Virus record (IMG/VR): IMGVR_UViG_3300036783_000113
Span: 1-64,000 of that record
DNA from: a virus
Lineage: Duplodnaviria; Caudoviricetes
Reading direction: 5' to 3' (one strand)
DNA length: 64,000 nt
Position numbers and translations under genes: made by a program. The stretch's first letter is position 1, and each line of letters starts with the position of its first letter. Of the stretch, positions 9,239 to 18,348 are shown in pieces. Under the pieces are notes generated by a model. The model ran no database searches. It worked only from the letters and a program-made list of their open reading frames with translations, and had not been told where the DNA came from.

Positions 9239-9410
9239 ACTAATAACATTATTGGAAGACGGAAAAGTATATGTAAATCGTGAGGAAATGGAATATATTA
9301 CAGCATACTTAGTTAATAACAACATCGAATATTTTAACGTACCTATTAAAGAAGACCTATATATAATTGAATTAGATATTAAGGAGGAAAATGAAAATGA
9401 ACAAATATGA
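9228..9410 (+). CDS. early hypothetical protein
   Basis: 60 aa, GGAGG RBS. Confidence 0.65.
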   Translation: MKTKLITLLEDGKVYVNREEMEYITAYLVNNNIEYFNVPIKEDLYIIELDIKEENENEQI

Positions 9411-9591
9411 AGTTTGTGTTGATTATACTAATGATAGTTGGGAAAATATACAGGTTGCAAGTTTTGAAATAGACGCTAATAATTGCAAAGAAGCTAGAAA
9501 CAAAACTCACGATGTAGCAATTAAAGAATTAGAAGTTCATAAAAATGATATTTATGTTTGGGAAGTAAGTGAGGGTGATAAAATTGAATAG
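9391..9591 (+). CDS. early hypothetical protein
   Basis: 66 aa, AAGGAGG RBS. Confidence 0.65.
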   Translation: MKMNKYEVCVDYTNDSWENIQVASFEIDANNCKEARNKTHDVAIKELEVHKNDIYVWEVSEGDKIE

Positions 9592-9605
9592 AGTTTCTAA
9601 AGAAG

Positions 9606-9640
9606 ACCAATTGCTAAATGCAGTTGGTTTTTTTATTTTT
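9606..9640 (+). terminator. intrinsic terminator closing the early module
   Basis: ACCAATTGC/GCAGTTGGT stem followed by a long T-run. Confidence 0.75.
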
Positions 9641-9899
9641 ACAAACCGGATCATAAAATTATCAATTTCATTTTTCACATCCCGATCCAAAAAATATTTT
9701 CATACTAAAGATGAAATTATGAAAAATATTTTCAAAATGAAAAATCGAACAATTGTTCTAATTACTATATTGTAATTCAATAATATAAACCGGATCATAA
9801 CGCAAACAATATATACCGACCCAAATAATCATAATATCAAATATGAGTATTCCCTATAGCGTGATTCTAGCCTATTATCTTTTAATTAATGGGTTACTG

Positions 9900-10810
9900 T
9901 ATATGTAACCGCCTATATGAGTCCTTGTATATGTACCTGTTATATAGGTTGTTGTATATGACCCCTTCTATATAGAGCCTTATATGTAGACGTATATAGA
10001 GCCTTATGTATAGTGGTGTATAGTGTGTAGTATATAGCGTGTGATGTAGTATGTTGTATGTAACGTATAACGCATAGTATTAGCTCATATACAGCGTTCG
10101 TATATAGAGTAATACAATAAGGTAGTTAGTATATAGCAAGCGTATATAAGCGCGTATATAGTGTTATATGTAGTGCTGTATATAAGTCTTATCATATGTG
10201 GTATATGTACCTATATATCCGTACCTACTATATGTACCATGTGTACCATATATAACATAGTTACTATATACCACGATAACCATAGTAACCACATGTATAA
10301 TATAGCTGGTGCGTATGTAGTGAATAGTAGGTAGTGTATGTATATATGTACATGTGTATGTATGTGTATAGTGTACAGTAGTACAGTGTGAGTGTGTATG
10401 CGTATGAGTACGTAGTGTAGTAGTAGTGCATGTGTGTATGTATAGTAGTAGTGTATAGTAGTATGCAATGATGCAATGATGTAGTGTAGTATGAGTGCGT
10501 GAGTGGATGATGTAACAACATAACATAGTGCATTGATACATTGTAAGGTTATCAATTACCAGTTAATAAGTAACGTATAATGAGTAACATGTAGTATGAA
10601 GTGTCTAATAGTCCATATAAGAGTAGTTAGTGTGTGATAGTGTATTTGTATTAGTATGTAGAGTAAAGTGTAATACAGTGTAATATGAGAGGTCAATTAA
10701 GTGAATATGTAGTGATAATTGATATATGAGCGTGTATTATAGAGTATTGCATAGTGAGTATGTATGTATGCATGGGGAATTTTGAGGGATGCAGTAAGGA
10801 TAGTGTGAGC
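9900..10810. repeat. non-coding low-complexity alternating purine-pyrimidine tract
   Basis: TA/TG/GT-dominated, C-poor plus strand; phased TATAT(G/A) units at 9900-10010; only artefactual His/Thr/Tyr ORFs. Confidence 0.85.
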
Positions 10811-11376
10811 GTGATGGATGGATAGAGAAGGTCGTCTTCACACGCTGCATTGTTAACAAATGATGTCGATTCATGGGAATTTTCACAAGCCTTTCTATGC
10901 ATAAAAGTTGCACGCAGTGAGACGTATTTCACTCACCTAGTTACATCCTAAAGATAGCACAGCACGTAACTTATGTTATGTTGCATATGTAGAGCTATAT
11001 GGGGAGGTGGTTTACATTCTGATATATATACGAACATATATTCGGCCGCATGACCCCGCTTTCTCTCACGGATTATTTATACACAACCCCTGCATATCTA
11101 CGTATATTTTCATCTAATTATACAAAGGGGAGGGGGTGGTTTCGACTATATACTCGACAATTCACCGACTGTAATCGAGCGTTCTAAATAATAATATGTG
11201 CGCATTCAGAAACGTTGATATAGCAATGTTTTGATCGACTTTCACTCGACTATATAATCGGTTGAGTATACTTTGAGTTCAACACGAATATAATAAATAG
11301 TTTGTACAAATTATGTTGCTAATCATTTCCATTGCATATATAATCAAATTAACTTAACTGAAAGGAATGATTTAAT

Positions 11377-11568
11377 ATGAGTTTAAAATTCGGAGATAAA
11401 GTTTACCTATCTAATCCGCGAGATACAGAACAACATTACAAAGGATTGATCGGTGTGATTACAGAAGAACCTAACGAAGATGGAGATGTAATGGTTTTCT
11501 TTAAAGGTGATTATGAATCAGAAACGCGTGATGCAGCAGAATTAAAATTAATGAAGGTTGGTGAGTAA
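11377..11568 (+). CDS. small SH3/KOW-like hypothetical protein
   Basis: LKFGDKVYL...GLIGVITE...VMVFF pattern; GAAAGGA RBS. Confidence 0.65.
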   Translation: MSLKFGDKVYLSNPRDTEQHYKGLIGVITEEPNEDGDVMVFFKGDYESETRDAAELKLMKVGE

Positions 11569-11896
11569 TATGAATCAAACTGATCTGAAGAATCTAAACG
11601 CATTCATTGATGGTTATAATAAGTTAGTAGAAGAAACAGGAATTCATACGGTAGATGTATACGCGCAACGTCCAGTCGTGGAAGATGTTAAAGCTGTAAA
11701 GTTCGGATTTGATTTCTGTATGGATGAATCCGGCAAGTATATAATTCCACCTGTACACAAGGATCACCGTAAAGAAGAAGGTTATGAAGCAGCTGTTTGG
11801 GAAGAGTATTCATTCAATCGCGAAACAGGTGAACATGATATATTAGTAGGAACATTCACTTTAGGTGAAAAAGGTAAATACATTAAAATAGGATAG
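11558..11896 (+). CDS. hypothetical protein
   Basis: 112 aa ORF in the operon. Confidence 0.7.
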   Translation: MVSNMNQTDLKNLNAFIDGYNKLVEETGIHTVDVYAQRPVVEDVKAVKFGFDFCMDESGKYIIPPVHKDHRKEEGYEAAVWEEYSFNRETGEHDILVGTFTLGEKGKYIKIG

Positions 11897-12074
11897 GGGG
11901 CGGTTAAATGTACATTATTGCTAAAGTTTTAGATGGAAAGATTATTGATATATATAATCAGAAGACGTACAAATTAAAGAAGAATGCTTTTACAGTTTTA
12001 AATGGATATCATTACGTTGGGGTTCTTCCTGATTATAGAGTTTATCATTTAACTGGATTGGAGGAAGTTGTACA

Positions 12075-12308
12075 ATGAGAGTCAAATGGCAAGAAGTGAT
12101 ATACGATGTATTAGAAAGAGATAAAGGGGATGAAATGTTAAAGTTAGATTTCGGTAATGGCGAGTTCACATGGCTGCACATTACTGATATTGATGAAATA
12201 GAAATTGAATGTAATAAATGCGATGAAGAAAAGTTAGTTGAAAATGGCACATGGGCTTTAGATGCCGGAATGTGTGAAACTTGCTATTGTGCATATCAAG
12301 GAGGATGA
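12075..12308 (+). CDS. hypothetical protein with Cys motifs (CNKC, CETCYC)
   Basis: GGAGG RBS. Confidence 0.7.
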   Translation: MRVKWQEVIYDVLERDKGDEMLKLDFGNGEFTWLHITDIDEIEIECNKCDEEKLVENGTWALDAGMCETCYCAYQGG

Positions 12309-12481
12309 TTAATATGAGAGACTTATATAAAGAAATGTGTGTAGATCAAGGTTATGTTCCGGCCACTTGTACATTAGATGGTAAATTAGCTTGGTTGTTA
12401 GTTAATAAAGGCGAAAGTCCATGCAAAGGTTGTTATATGGATCGTGAAGTTTGCAAAGGTAAAACAAGGGAGGAAGCTTAA
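12281..12481 (+). CDS. small Cys-containing hypothetical protein
   Basis: Probable start at the internal MRDLYK codon after a GGAGG RBS. Confidence 0.65.
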   Translation: MLLCISRRMINMRDLYKEMCVDQGYVPATCTLDGKLAWLLVNKGESPCKGCYMDREVCKGKTREEA

Positions 12482-12483
12482 TT

Positions 12484-12786
12484 ATGAAATACGAAAAAGG
12501 TCAAATGTTTGAATTAAGTTGGTTTGATAAAGAAGGTCATGCAAGGTGGCAATATATGGTTGCTATAGAATTATATGATGACAGAACTGAATTTACTAAA
12601 GAATACGGCGGCCGTTTTATGGAGTTTGTTTCTAATGATGAATCAAAAGATAAAGAACCGGATTCGAAAGATAATCACAAAATTAAAGTTATTCCATTAT
12701 ATAAAGAAGGACAAGTTATATTCTCTAAACGTTCATTCTTCGGATTAGGCCGTTATACTTTTGAACCAACAACGAAAGGAAGGTAA
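12484..12786 (+). CDS. hypothetical protein
   Basis: 100 aa, GGAGG RBS. Confidence 0.7.
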   Translation: MKYEKGQMFELSWFDKEGHARWQYMVAIELYDDRTEFTKEYGGRFMEFVSNDESKDKEPDSKDNHKIKVIPLYKEGQVIFSKRSFFGLGRYTFEPTTKGR

Positions 12787-13047
12787 CATATGATACTATT
12801 AGCTTGTTATACTTTAATTCTAATGAGTATGTTGGTAGTGTTTGCCCTTTCCAAGAATGACCTCAAGAACTACGAGAAGGTGTTTTGCTTCATTGGATAT
12901 TTCCCTGTAGCTATATTCGCCGGATTATATTTAGTCGGTGTATTATTTTAACCTAGCTTAATTGCTGGGTTTTTATTTTGCTTGTTTACAAATAGTTAAA
13001 GTTATGTTTATAATGAGTTAAATACAAAATAAGGGAGTGGATTAGTA

Positions 13048-13245
13048 ATGAAAGAACAAATCGTTTTAATCGATAGAGAAGGACATGCACTTGATGTGTA
13101 CAAGAATGGGGATAATCTAAACTTCTATGCTGTAGATAATAAAGATGATGAATCAGCTGAAATATCATTGGAGAAGAAACAAATTAAAGAGTTAATGTTG
13201 TTCTTGGATCGTAAATACGGTTATTTATTAGAAGGAGTAAAATAA
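13048..13245 (+). CDS. hypothetical protein
   Basis: Follows promoter TTTACA-N18-TATAAT, which carries an operator copy (12999-13009). Confidence 0.7.
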   Translation: MKEQIVLIDREGHALDVYKNGDNLNFYAVDNKDDESAEISLEKKQIKELMLFLDRKYGYLLEGVK

Positions 13246-13288
13246 TAGGTATCAAATCAATCTAACCTGTATATGATGTAGAAAAGGA

Positions 13289-13498
13289 GTGATTGACATG
13301 AAACAACTTTATAATGAAGGCCAATACCAAGTTTATTCTAAGTTATTAGAAGAAATGGCTAATGCTGATAGCGTAGTGGAACAATTAAGAATACATGCAT
13401 CAATAAATATTTATTTTTTTCAAAAAGATATCTCTGAAGCAGCTAAAAAACAAATGGATGATAGGATGGAAAAAGAATTCGCGGAAGGGGATTATTAA
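13289..13498 (+). CDS. hypothetical protein
   Basis: 69 aa, AAGGAG RBS. Confidence 0.65.
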   Translation: MIDMKQLYNEGQYQVYSKLLEEMANADSVVEQLRIHASINIYFFQKDISEAAKKQMDDRMEKEFAEGDY

Positions 13499-13499
13499 T

Positions 13500-13982
13500 G
13501 TGAATATCAAAAAGGTTCTTTTAAGTATATTGGCCGTCGGAATGCTGGCTTCGTGTTCGGAAAGGGATAATTCGCAAAAAGATAAAGAAATTCCAAAAAA
13601 TACCAATAAAGTTGAAGTAATTCAGGAAAATAACCAATTAGAAAATAAGGTTAAAGATATGCGAGACATCATTAAAATGTCATTAGATACCGCATATAAG
13701 TCTGACGAAAAGCTAAAAATATTAGAAGTAGATGTTGCTATTGATAAATCAGGTCGCAACGTATCTTTAATTTACAATGTTGATGCTTTTGTCGATTACT
13801 TCAAAGTTGATCGTAAAATAGGTACAGATTATTTTGCTAGTCAAGTTAACTTAGAACAGTGGGGCTGGATTAAGGATCGGTGCTTTGATTACTACGGAAA
13901 AGAAGCTAAAATCAACGCTGCAAGTGACATTACACTAATCATAGTTAACAAGAATGACGGTAAAGAATTAAAACGCCTGTAA
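13500..13982 (+). CDS. lipoprotein
   Basis: GTG start, MNIKKVLLSILAVGMLAS-C lipobox. Confidence 0.75.
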   Translation: MNIKKVLLSILAVGMLASCSERDNSQKDKEIPKNTNKVEVIQENNQLENKVKDMRDIIKMSLDTAYKSDEKLKILEVDVAIDKSGRNVSLIYNVDAFVDYFKVDRKIGTDYFASQVNLEQWGWIKDRCFDYYGKEAKINAASDITLIIVNKNDGKELKRL

Positions 13983-14085
13983 CCCTTCTACCAAGTTGGG
14001 TTATTTTTTTCGCATAAATTAGAAAATAAATGTGGACAAGTTAAAATAGTTAGTATATTATGGAATTAACGAAGGGGGTTTTAAA

Positions 14086-14301
14086 ATGAATGTAACTCAA
14101 GAAGGTTATATTTTAATGACTAGTTGCCAAAGGTTTTTATGTGAGAAAAATGGATTTTATTCATTCGTTACCGATCCATTTGCAGCTAAATTTCTTACAA
14201 CTGTAGATGAAGTTAATTCCGTCATTATGAAATCTTTAGAAATGTGGGGAGAATTACTTATAACAATTCCTACAGAAAGAACAATAACTTTATTGGGGTG
14301 A
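14086..14301 (+). CDS. hypothetical protein
   Basis: 71 aa, AGGGGG RBS. Confidence 0.65.
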   Translation: MNVTQEGYILMTSCQRFLCEKNGFYSFVTDPFAAKFLTTVDEVNSVIMKSLEMWGELLITIPTERTITLLG

Positions 14302-14546
14302 TAACGATGGATCAAATGCAAACGGTGTTGTTTATAGAAAGTCTTAAAGCAAGGAAAGATACATTAGAAAATTGCATCAAAGAATTAGAGGAACAAGAAA
14401 AAGGACTTTCTGTATTTCAAGGTTTCCAAAAAGGTATTGCTTTTGGGGCTAAAGAAGCTTATAAAAACGAACTTGAAACGATTGAGATTTATCTAACTTT
14501 CTTTAAGTCTTGTGAAAAAGATAAGTTACAAAAAGAGCTACATTAA
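14244..14546 (+). CDS. coiled-coil hypothetical protein (start probably MDQMQT)
   Basis: ORF in the operon. Confidence 0.65.
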   Translation: MGRITYNNSYRKNNNFIGVITMDQMQTVLFIESLKARKDTLENCIKELEEQEKGLSVFQGFQKGIAFGAKEAYKNELETIEIYLTFFKSCEKDKLQKELH

Positions 14547-14608
14547 CTTGACTGCAATAAAGTTAAAGTTTAATATTTATCTATATTCTAATTATGGAGG
14601 TTTTATCT

Positions 14609-14881
14609 ATGAAACTTAAAGAAACACGCGTATTAACACAACCTAATTGCCCTAATTGTGACAGGGTTAAGGAGTTCTTGAAAAACCATGAAGTTAAATA
14701 CGTAGCAATCGACATTACAAAAGATGCAGAAGCTAAGAAATTCCTTGATGATAGTGGCGTTACCGCAACTCCTGTAACTCAATTCATTGTAGAAGAAGAA
14801 GGGAAATTAAAAGCTGTAAATGTAATCGGTTTTGATTTAACTGGTTTATCTGATGTAATCGACGAAATGGAGGTAGAGTAA
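14609..14881 (+). CDS. nrdH: glutaredoxin/NrdH-like protein
   Basis: QPNCPNC active site, TATPV cis-Pro motif, VIGFD. Confidence 0.85.
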   Translation: MKLKETRVLTQPNCPNCDRVKEFLKNHEVKYVAIDITKDAEAKKFLDDSGVTATPVTQFIVEEEGKLKAVNVIGFDLTGLSDVIDEMEVE

Positions 14882-15130
14882 ATGTTTGCTGATGCTAAAA
14901 TATTTGACCCTATTGTATGGAAAGAAGTTAAAGGAGTTAAAGTTACAGGTATTGATCGTTTAGGTGATGAACACAAAGGTGAACTTTACTTATTGAAAGG
15001 TTTCGATGCTGACCAGTTGCATTTATACGGAATCACACCTATTAACGAAATTAAAATTGGTGAAATTAAAGAAATCAGTGGTGCTGAAGAAGGTCAACAC
15101 AATACATTAGTTCTTGAATTAATTAAATAA
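14882..15130 (+). CDS. hypothetical protein
   Basis: 82 aa, GGAGG RBS. Confidence 0.7.
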   Translation: MFADAKIFDPIVWKEVKGVKVTGIDRLGDEHKGELYLLKGFDADQLHLYGITPINEIKIGEIKEISGAEEGQHNTLVLELIK

Positions 15131-15143
15131 AGGGGGATTTTAA

Positions 15144-15575
15144 ATGTTCGGTAATAAAGCTTTAAAAGAAGAGGTTCTTCATTATAAACAAAAATCTGAA
15201 CGTATCGAAAAAGAAAGTTGGGATTTGTATAGAGATAATGCGCAATTAGAAAGAGATAAAACTAATTTAGAAAAAGCACTTTACGCACACAAAGATACAA
15301 TAACTGAATTAAAGAAAGAAAAGAAACGATTAGAAGAGGAAAATGATAGAATTGATACTGACAGATTAAATCTAACTAAAGATTATATGGAATTACAAAA
15401 TAAAAAACCGACTAAAGATGAACTTATCGAACAACTGGCCGAACTTTTGCTGAACGAGAATAGAGGTACAGAAAAAGGTAATCTAATCAATCAAATGAAC
15501 TTAGCTTTAAGAATCAATGATAATCCTGTAATTGAAGGGGATGTGCAGCCACAATGGAACAACCCACAACAATAG
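15144..15575 (+). CDS. coiled-coil protein
   Basis: 143 aa with heptad pattern. Confidence 0.7.
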   Translation: MFGNKALKEEVLHYKQKSERIEKESWDLYRDNAQLERDKTNLEKALYAHKDTITELKKEKKRLEEENDRIDTDRLNLTKDYMELQNKKPTKDELIEQLAELLLNENRGTEKGNLINQMNLALRINDNPVIEGDVQPQWNNPQQ

Positions 15576-16282
15576 ATAATCTTGAAAATGTAGTAGGTAA
15601 AGAAAAATTAAAGAAGATTGAAGTTGTGTTGAAAAAGTTCATTCCTAGTAACAAAACTGATCCTGAACATTTAAAGTGCTATATGAAGATTGACGAAGTG
15701 GATTTTGCTGCAACTGACAAAACGGTAGCTTGTCAAATTATGTTCCGTAATAAATACGATGCACGTCATACTGGTATTCATTATTACCAAATTCACGACA
15801 AAGTATTCAACAAAATCGAAAACCAAGCTGCAATAGATGAAATAGCTGCTGATTATCCTGATGTACCTTCTCTTTATCACAATTTAGATTTAACCGATTA
15901 TTTATCGTTTGAAGTGGATCAGAAAGAAGTAGAAGACTTAATTAAAGTTAACGATGCTATGATTGATTTGTGTAAGATTAAGTCTTTAAACCCTGTATGC
16001 CAACTAATTACTTCTGACAATAATGTATTCTTTCATTTAGTAGGCGTTACGGATATGGATTTCACCTACAGATTGTACAAAGAAGAATTACCTGAAAATG
16101 AAATATGTTTTAGTTACAACCCTGAACTAATGGCTAATATTCTAAAATCAATTAAAGAACTGAAAAAGTTTACTGACAAAGCTACTTTCTATTATAAAGA
16201 AGGAAAACATCTTGTAGTAAGAGCTGTTGATATTGATTATGAGTACACGTTTATGTTAGCGCGTAAAATAGCGGTGAGTTAA
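15554..16282 (+). CDS. DNA polymerase beta sliding-clamp-like protein
   Basis: FAATDK and FSYNPELMANILKS echo the DnaN motifs ATD and FNxxYLxDxL; shorter than host DnaN. Confidence 0.45.
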   Translation: MEQPTTIDNLENVVGKEKLKKIEVVLKKFIPSNKTDPEHLKCYMKIDEVDFAATDKTVACQIMFRNKYDARHTGIHYYQIHDKVFNKIENQAAIDEIAADYPDVPSLYHNLDLTDYLSFEVDQKEVEDLIKVNDAMIDLCKIKSLNPVCQLITSDNNVFFHLVGVTDMDFTYRLYKEELPENEICFSYNPELMANILKSIKELKKFTDKATFYYKEGKHLVVRAVDIDYEYTFMLARKIAVS

Positions 16283-16319
16283 TCCTTGCCGCTTCACTAT
16301 AAAATGAAGGGGTGTTTGT

Positions 16320-16682
16320 ATGGAACTAAAACCGATTTACAGAATTGATGATTTGGTTGAAGTCAAAGGGTACTCTAAAGATAAGTCAGGTATCATTCGT
16401 GAAGTTAAAGTTCACTATGAAGACCAAAAGAAATTGGATAGAGACAAGGATAAAAACATCATTGATACAACAGAAATTACAACGCTTGAGATTAAATACC
16501 TAATCGAATTCGACCATGCTACTATTTGGTTTAATCAAGACAGATTGCAACTTGTCTACGATGAAAAGGAAATGGATAAGTTCTTAATAGATATTATGCT
16601 CACTAACCGAGAAAAATACCCACAAATTATTGATGAAACAATCGGAAGGATGGATTTGGATTATGGGAAAAGTGAAGATTGA
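16320..16682 (+). CDS. hypothetical protein (SH3-like N-terminus, possible IDEAL-like C-terminus)
   Basis: YRIDDLVEVKG...GIIREV; FLIDIMLT helix. Confidence 0.6.
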   Translation: MELKPIYRIDDLVEVKGYSKDKSGIIREVKVHYEDQKKLDRDKDKNIIDTTEITTLEIKYLIEFDHATIWFNQDRLQLVYDEKEMDKFLIDIMLTNREKYPQIIDETIGRMDLDYGKSED

Positions 16683-16872
16683 TTATAAAAACGGTGAATC
16701 AAGAACGTTCGACGCTGAAGATACAGGCGATATTGAAGGCTCATTATTATCAATGTGCGATAATATTTTATTCACTTTAACAGACGGAACAATGCAAGCG
16801 GTTTATGTCCCTAATACAATTGGAATAAACTTTGAACCTGAAGAACTAGAGGTATTCGGTGATGAAAATTAA
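16630..16872 (+). CDS. hypothetical protein (start probably MGKVKI)
   Basis: ORF in the operon. Confidence 0.6.
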   Translation: MMKQSEGWIWIMGKVKIDYKNGESRTFDAEDTGDIEGSLLSMCDNILFTLTDGTMQAVYVPNTIGINFEPEELEVFGDEN

Positions 16873-17560
16873 AGAGTTGATAAAAGAAATTGACAGTAAT
16901 CGTACTTACGCTGACAAAATAAGAGCGGCAAGAACAGTTAGAAAAGAAAATGAAGAAAATGAACTTGTAATTAAAGCGGTGGATCATTACTTAGATTCGA
17001 TCAGAATACACGTTAATTCACTGTTATCTCGAATTAAAGAATCAGATAATGAAGCGTGGGAAGAATTCTCTGAACTACCTGATATTCGAAACTTCATGCA
17101 TTATTACACTCATAACATTGGTGAGTTTTATCGATTCAGATATTCGATGGAAGTTATCTTGAACGAGGTTAGATTACAAATGTTTTATCACATCAAAAGA
17201 AATTACCGCCCTTATGACAAAGTTGATGAAATAAGCTTACTGATCCATAGTATGAGAAGTTGGATTAAGTTTAAAGTAGGTAAAGGTTTAAGTTCTGTTT
17301 ATAAGCCTAAAAAGGAAGAAGAACAGTTTTTACCTAATATCGAACTTATCGATGAAACCATTGATGAAACTAAAGAAGAAATGTTAGAAATAGCTCAAGG
17401 ATTATTGACTGAAGAATGTTACAAAGTGTTTTATCACAAAATAGTCGATGATTTCACGTTAACTAAGATTGGCGAAGTAATGGGGTTTTCAGTAGATACA
17501 GCAAAACGAAGATATGATAAGTCAATCGTTATTATGAAAGAGTATTACGAAACGATTTAA
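16859..17560 (+). CDS. RNA polymerase sigma-70/ECF-like factor
   Basis: Region-4-like LTEECYKVF...DDFTLTKIGEVMGFSVDTAKRRY; region-2-like KRNYRP...IHSMRSWIKFKV. Confidence 0.65.
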   Translation: MMKIKELIKEIDSNRTYADKIRAARTVRKENEENELVIKAVDHYLDSIRIHVNSLLSRIKESDNEAWEEFSELPDIRNFMHYYTHNIGEFYRFRYSMEVILNEVRLQMFYHIKRNYRPYDKVDEISLLIHSMRSWIKFKVGKGLSSVYKPKKEEEQFLPNIELIDETIDETKEEMLEIAQGLLTEECYKVFYHKIVDDFTLTKIGEVMGFSVDTAKRRYDKSIVIMKEYYETI

Positions 17561-17620
17561 CTTTACGAAGTTATGTATTTATGATAATCTTTAACTATAA
17601 AATATTTGGAGGTTTTACCA

Positions 17621-18220
17621 TTGACAAACACAATTAATTTAAAAGAACTATTCGATATCCAAAAATCATTAGATGCTCATATCGCTTCAAAACGTGGTTT
17701 AGTTCTAACTGAACGTATCTCATTAATGAAACGCTTCTTCGCTGGTATCGTTGAGTTTACAGAATGCGCTAATGACCATCAAGAATCATTTAAGGATTGG
17801 AAGCCGAATAACCAACCTAAACCGACTACATTAGAAGAGTATGTTGATGGGTTACACTTCATCTTATCAAGTGGAAATAACTTAGCTGCTGCTGGATTAA
17901 TTCCTGATCCATCTACAACTGATTACTTACCAATCGTACTTGAATTCGGTGATGCTGATACACCTGCTGGAAAAGACGAAGTTGTAATGTCTTACTTCAC
18001 TAACGCTATCGGACTTGAACTTGAGTTATACGGCGGTTTACAACAAAGGATGCACGATTATCTATCTGAAGATTATCACGCTTTAGTTTGCACGTATTTA
18101 GGACTTGCTAACCAAATCGGATTCTCTCCTGAAGAAATTAAAGCTGCTTACTTAACTAAAAACGAAGAAAACTTTGCACGACAAAACGGTCAATCAACTA
18201 AAGAAGGATATGAAGCTTAA
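17621..18220 (+). CDS. dut: dimeric dUTPase (dUTPase_2 family)
   Basis: LFDIQKSLD, VEFTECAN, SFKDWK, EEYVDGLHFILS and KNEENFARQ motifs. Confidence 0.9.
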   Translation: MTNTINLKELFDIQKSLDAHIASKRGLVLTERISLMKRFFAGIVEFTECANDHQESFKDWKPNNQPKPTTLEEYVDGLHFILSSGNNLAAAGLIPDPSTTDYLPIVLEFGDADTPAGKDEVVMSYFTNAIGLELELYGGLQQRMHDYLSEDYHALVCTYLGLANQIGFSPEEIKAAYLTKNEENFARQNGQSTKEGYEA

Positions 18221-18296
18221 TTAACATCTACCTCCTTTTCCAGTAATTCACTATTGATTAACTTCAACGATAAATGTTATAAATTAATTATAGCTA

Positions 18297-18326
18297 GTAT
18301 CATTTGAGGTTAAAGTGAATATACTG
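18297..18326 (+). promoter_or_regulatory. possible sigmaF/sigmaG-type promoter
   Basis: GTATC-N15-GAATATACTG; a sigmaA-like TTGATT-N18-TATAAA lies just upstream. Confidence 0.35.
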
Positions 18327-18348
18327 TAAACAAGGAGGTAGATTTTTT

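Noticed and set aside
9569-9775. 68-aa ORF after the early module
   Set aside because: Runs through a clear terminator and repeat region; probably not a gene
10164-10932. His/Thr/Tyr-rich minus-strand ORFs in the track
   Set aside because: Artefacts of the low-complexity RY tract: overlapping in several frames with no RBS
11077-11085. DnaA box TTATACACA
   Set aside because: Single copy; another lies in coding DNA; no cluster
9900-11260. CRISPR array
   Set aside because: Repeats are too short and degenerate, with no constant 25-45 nt repeat-spacer pattern; the Cas4-like nuclease at 55871 is a normal phage exonuclease
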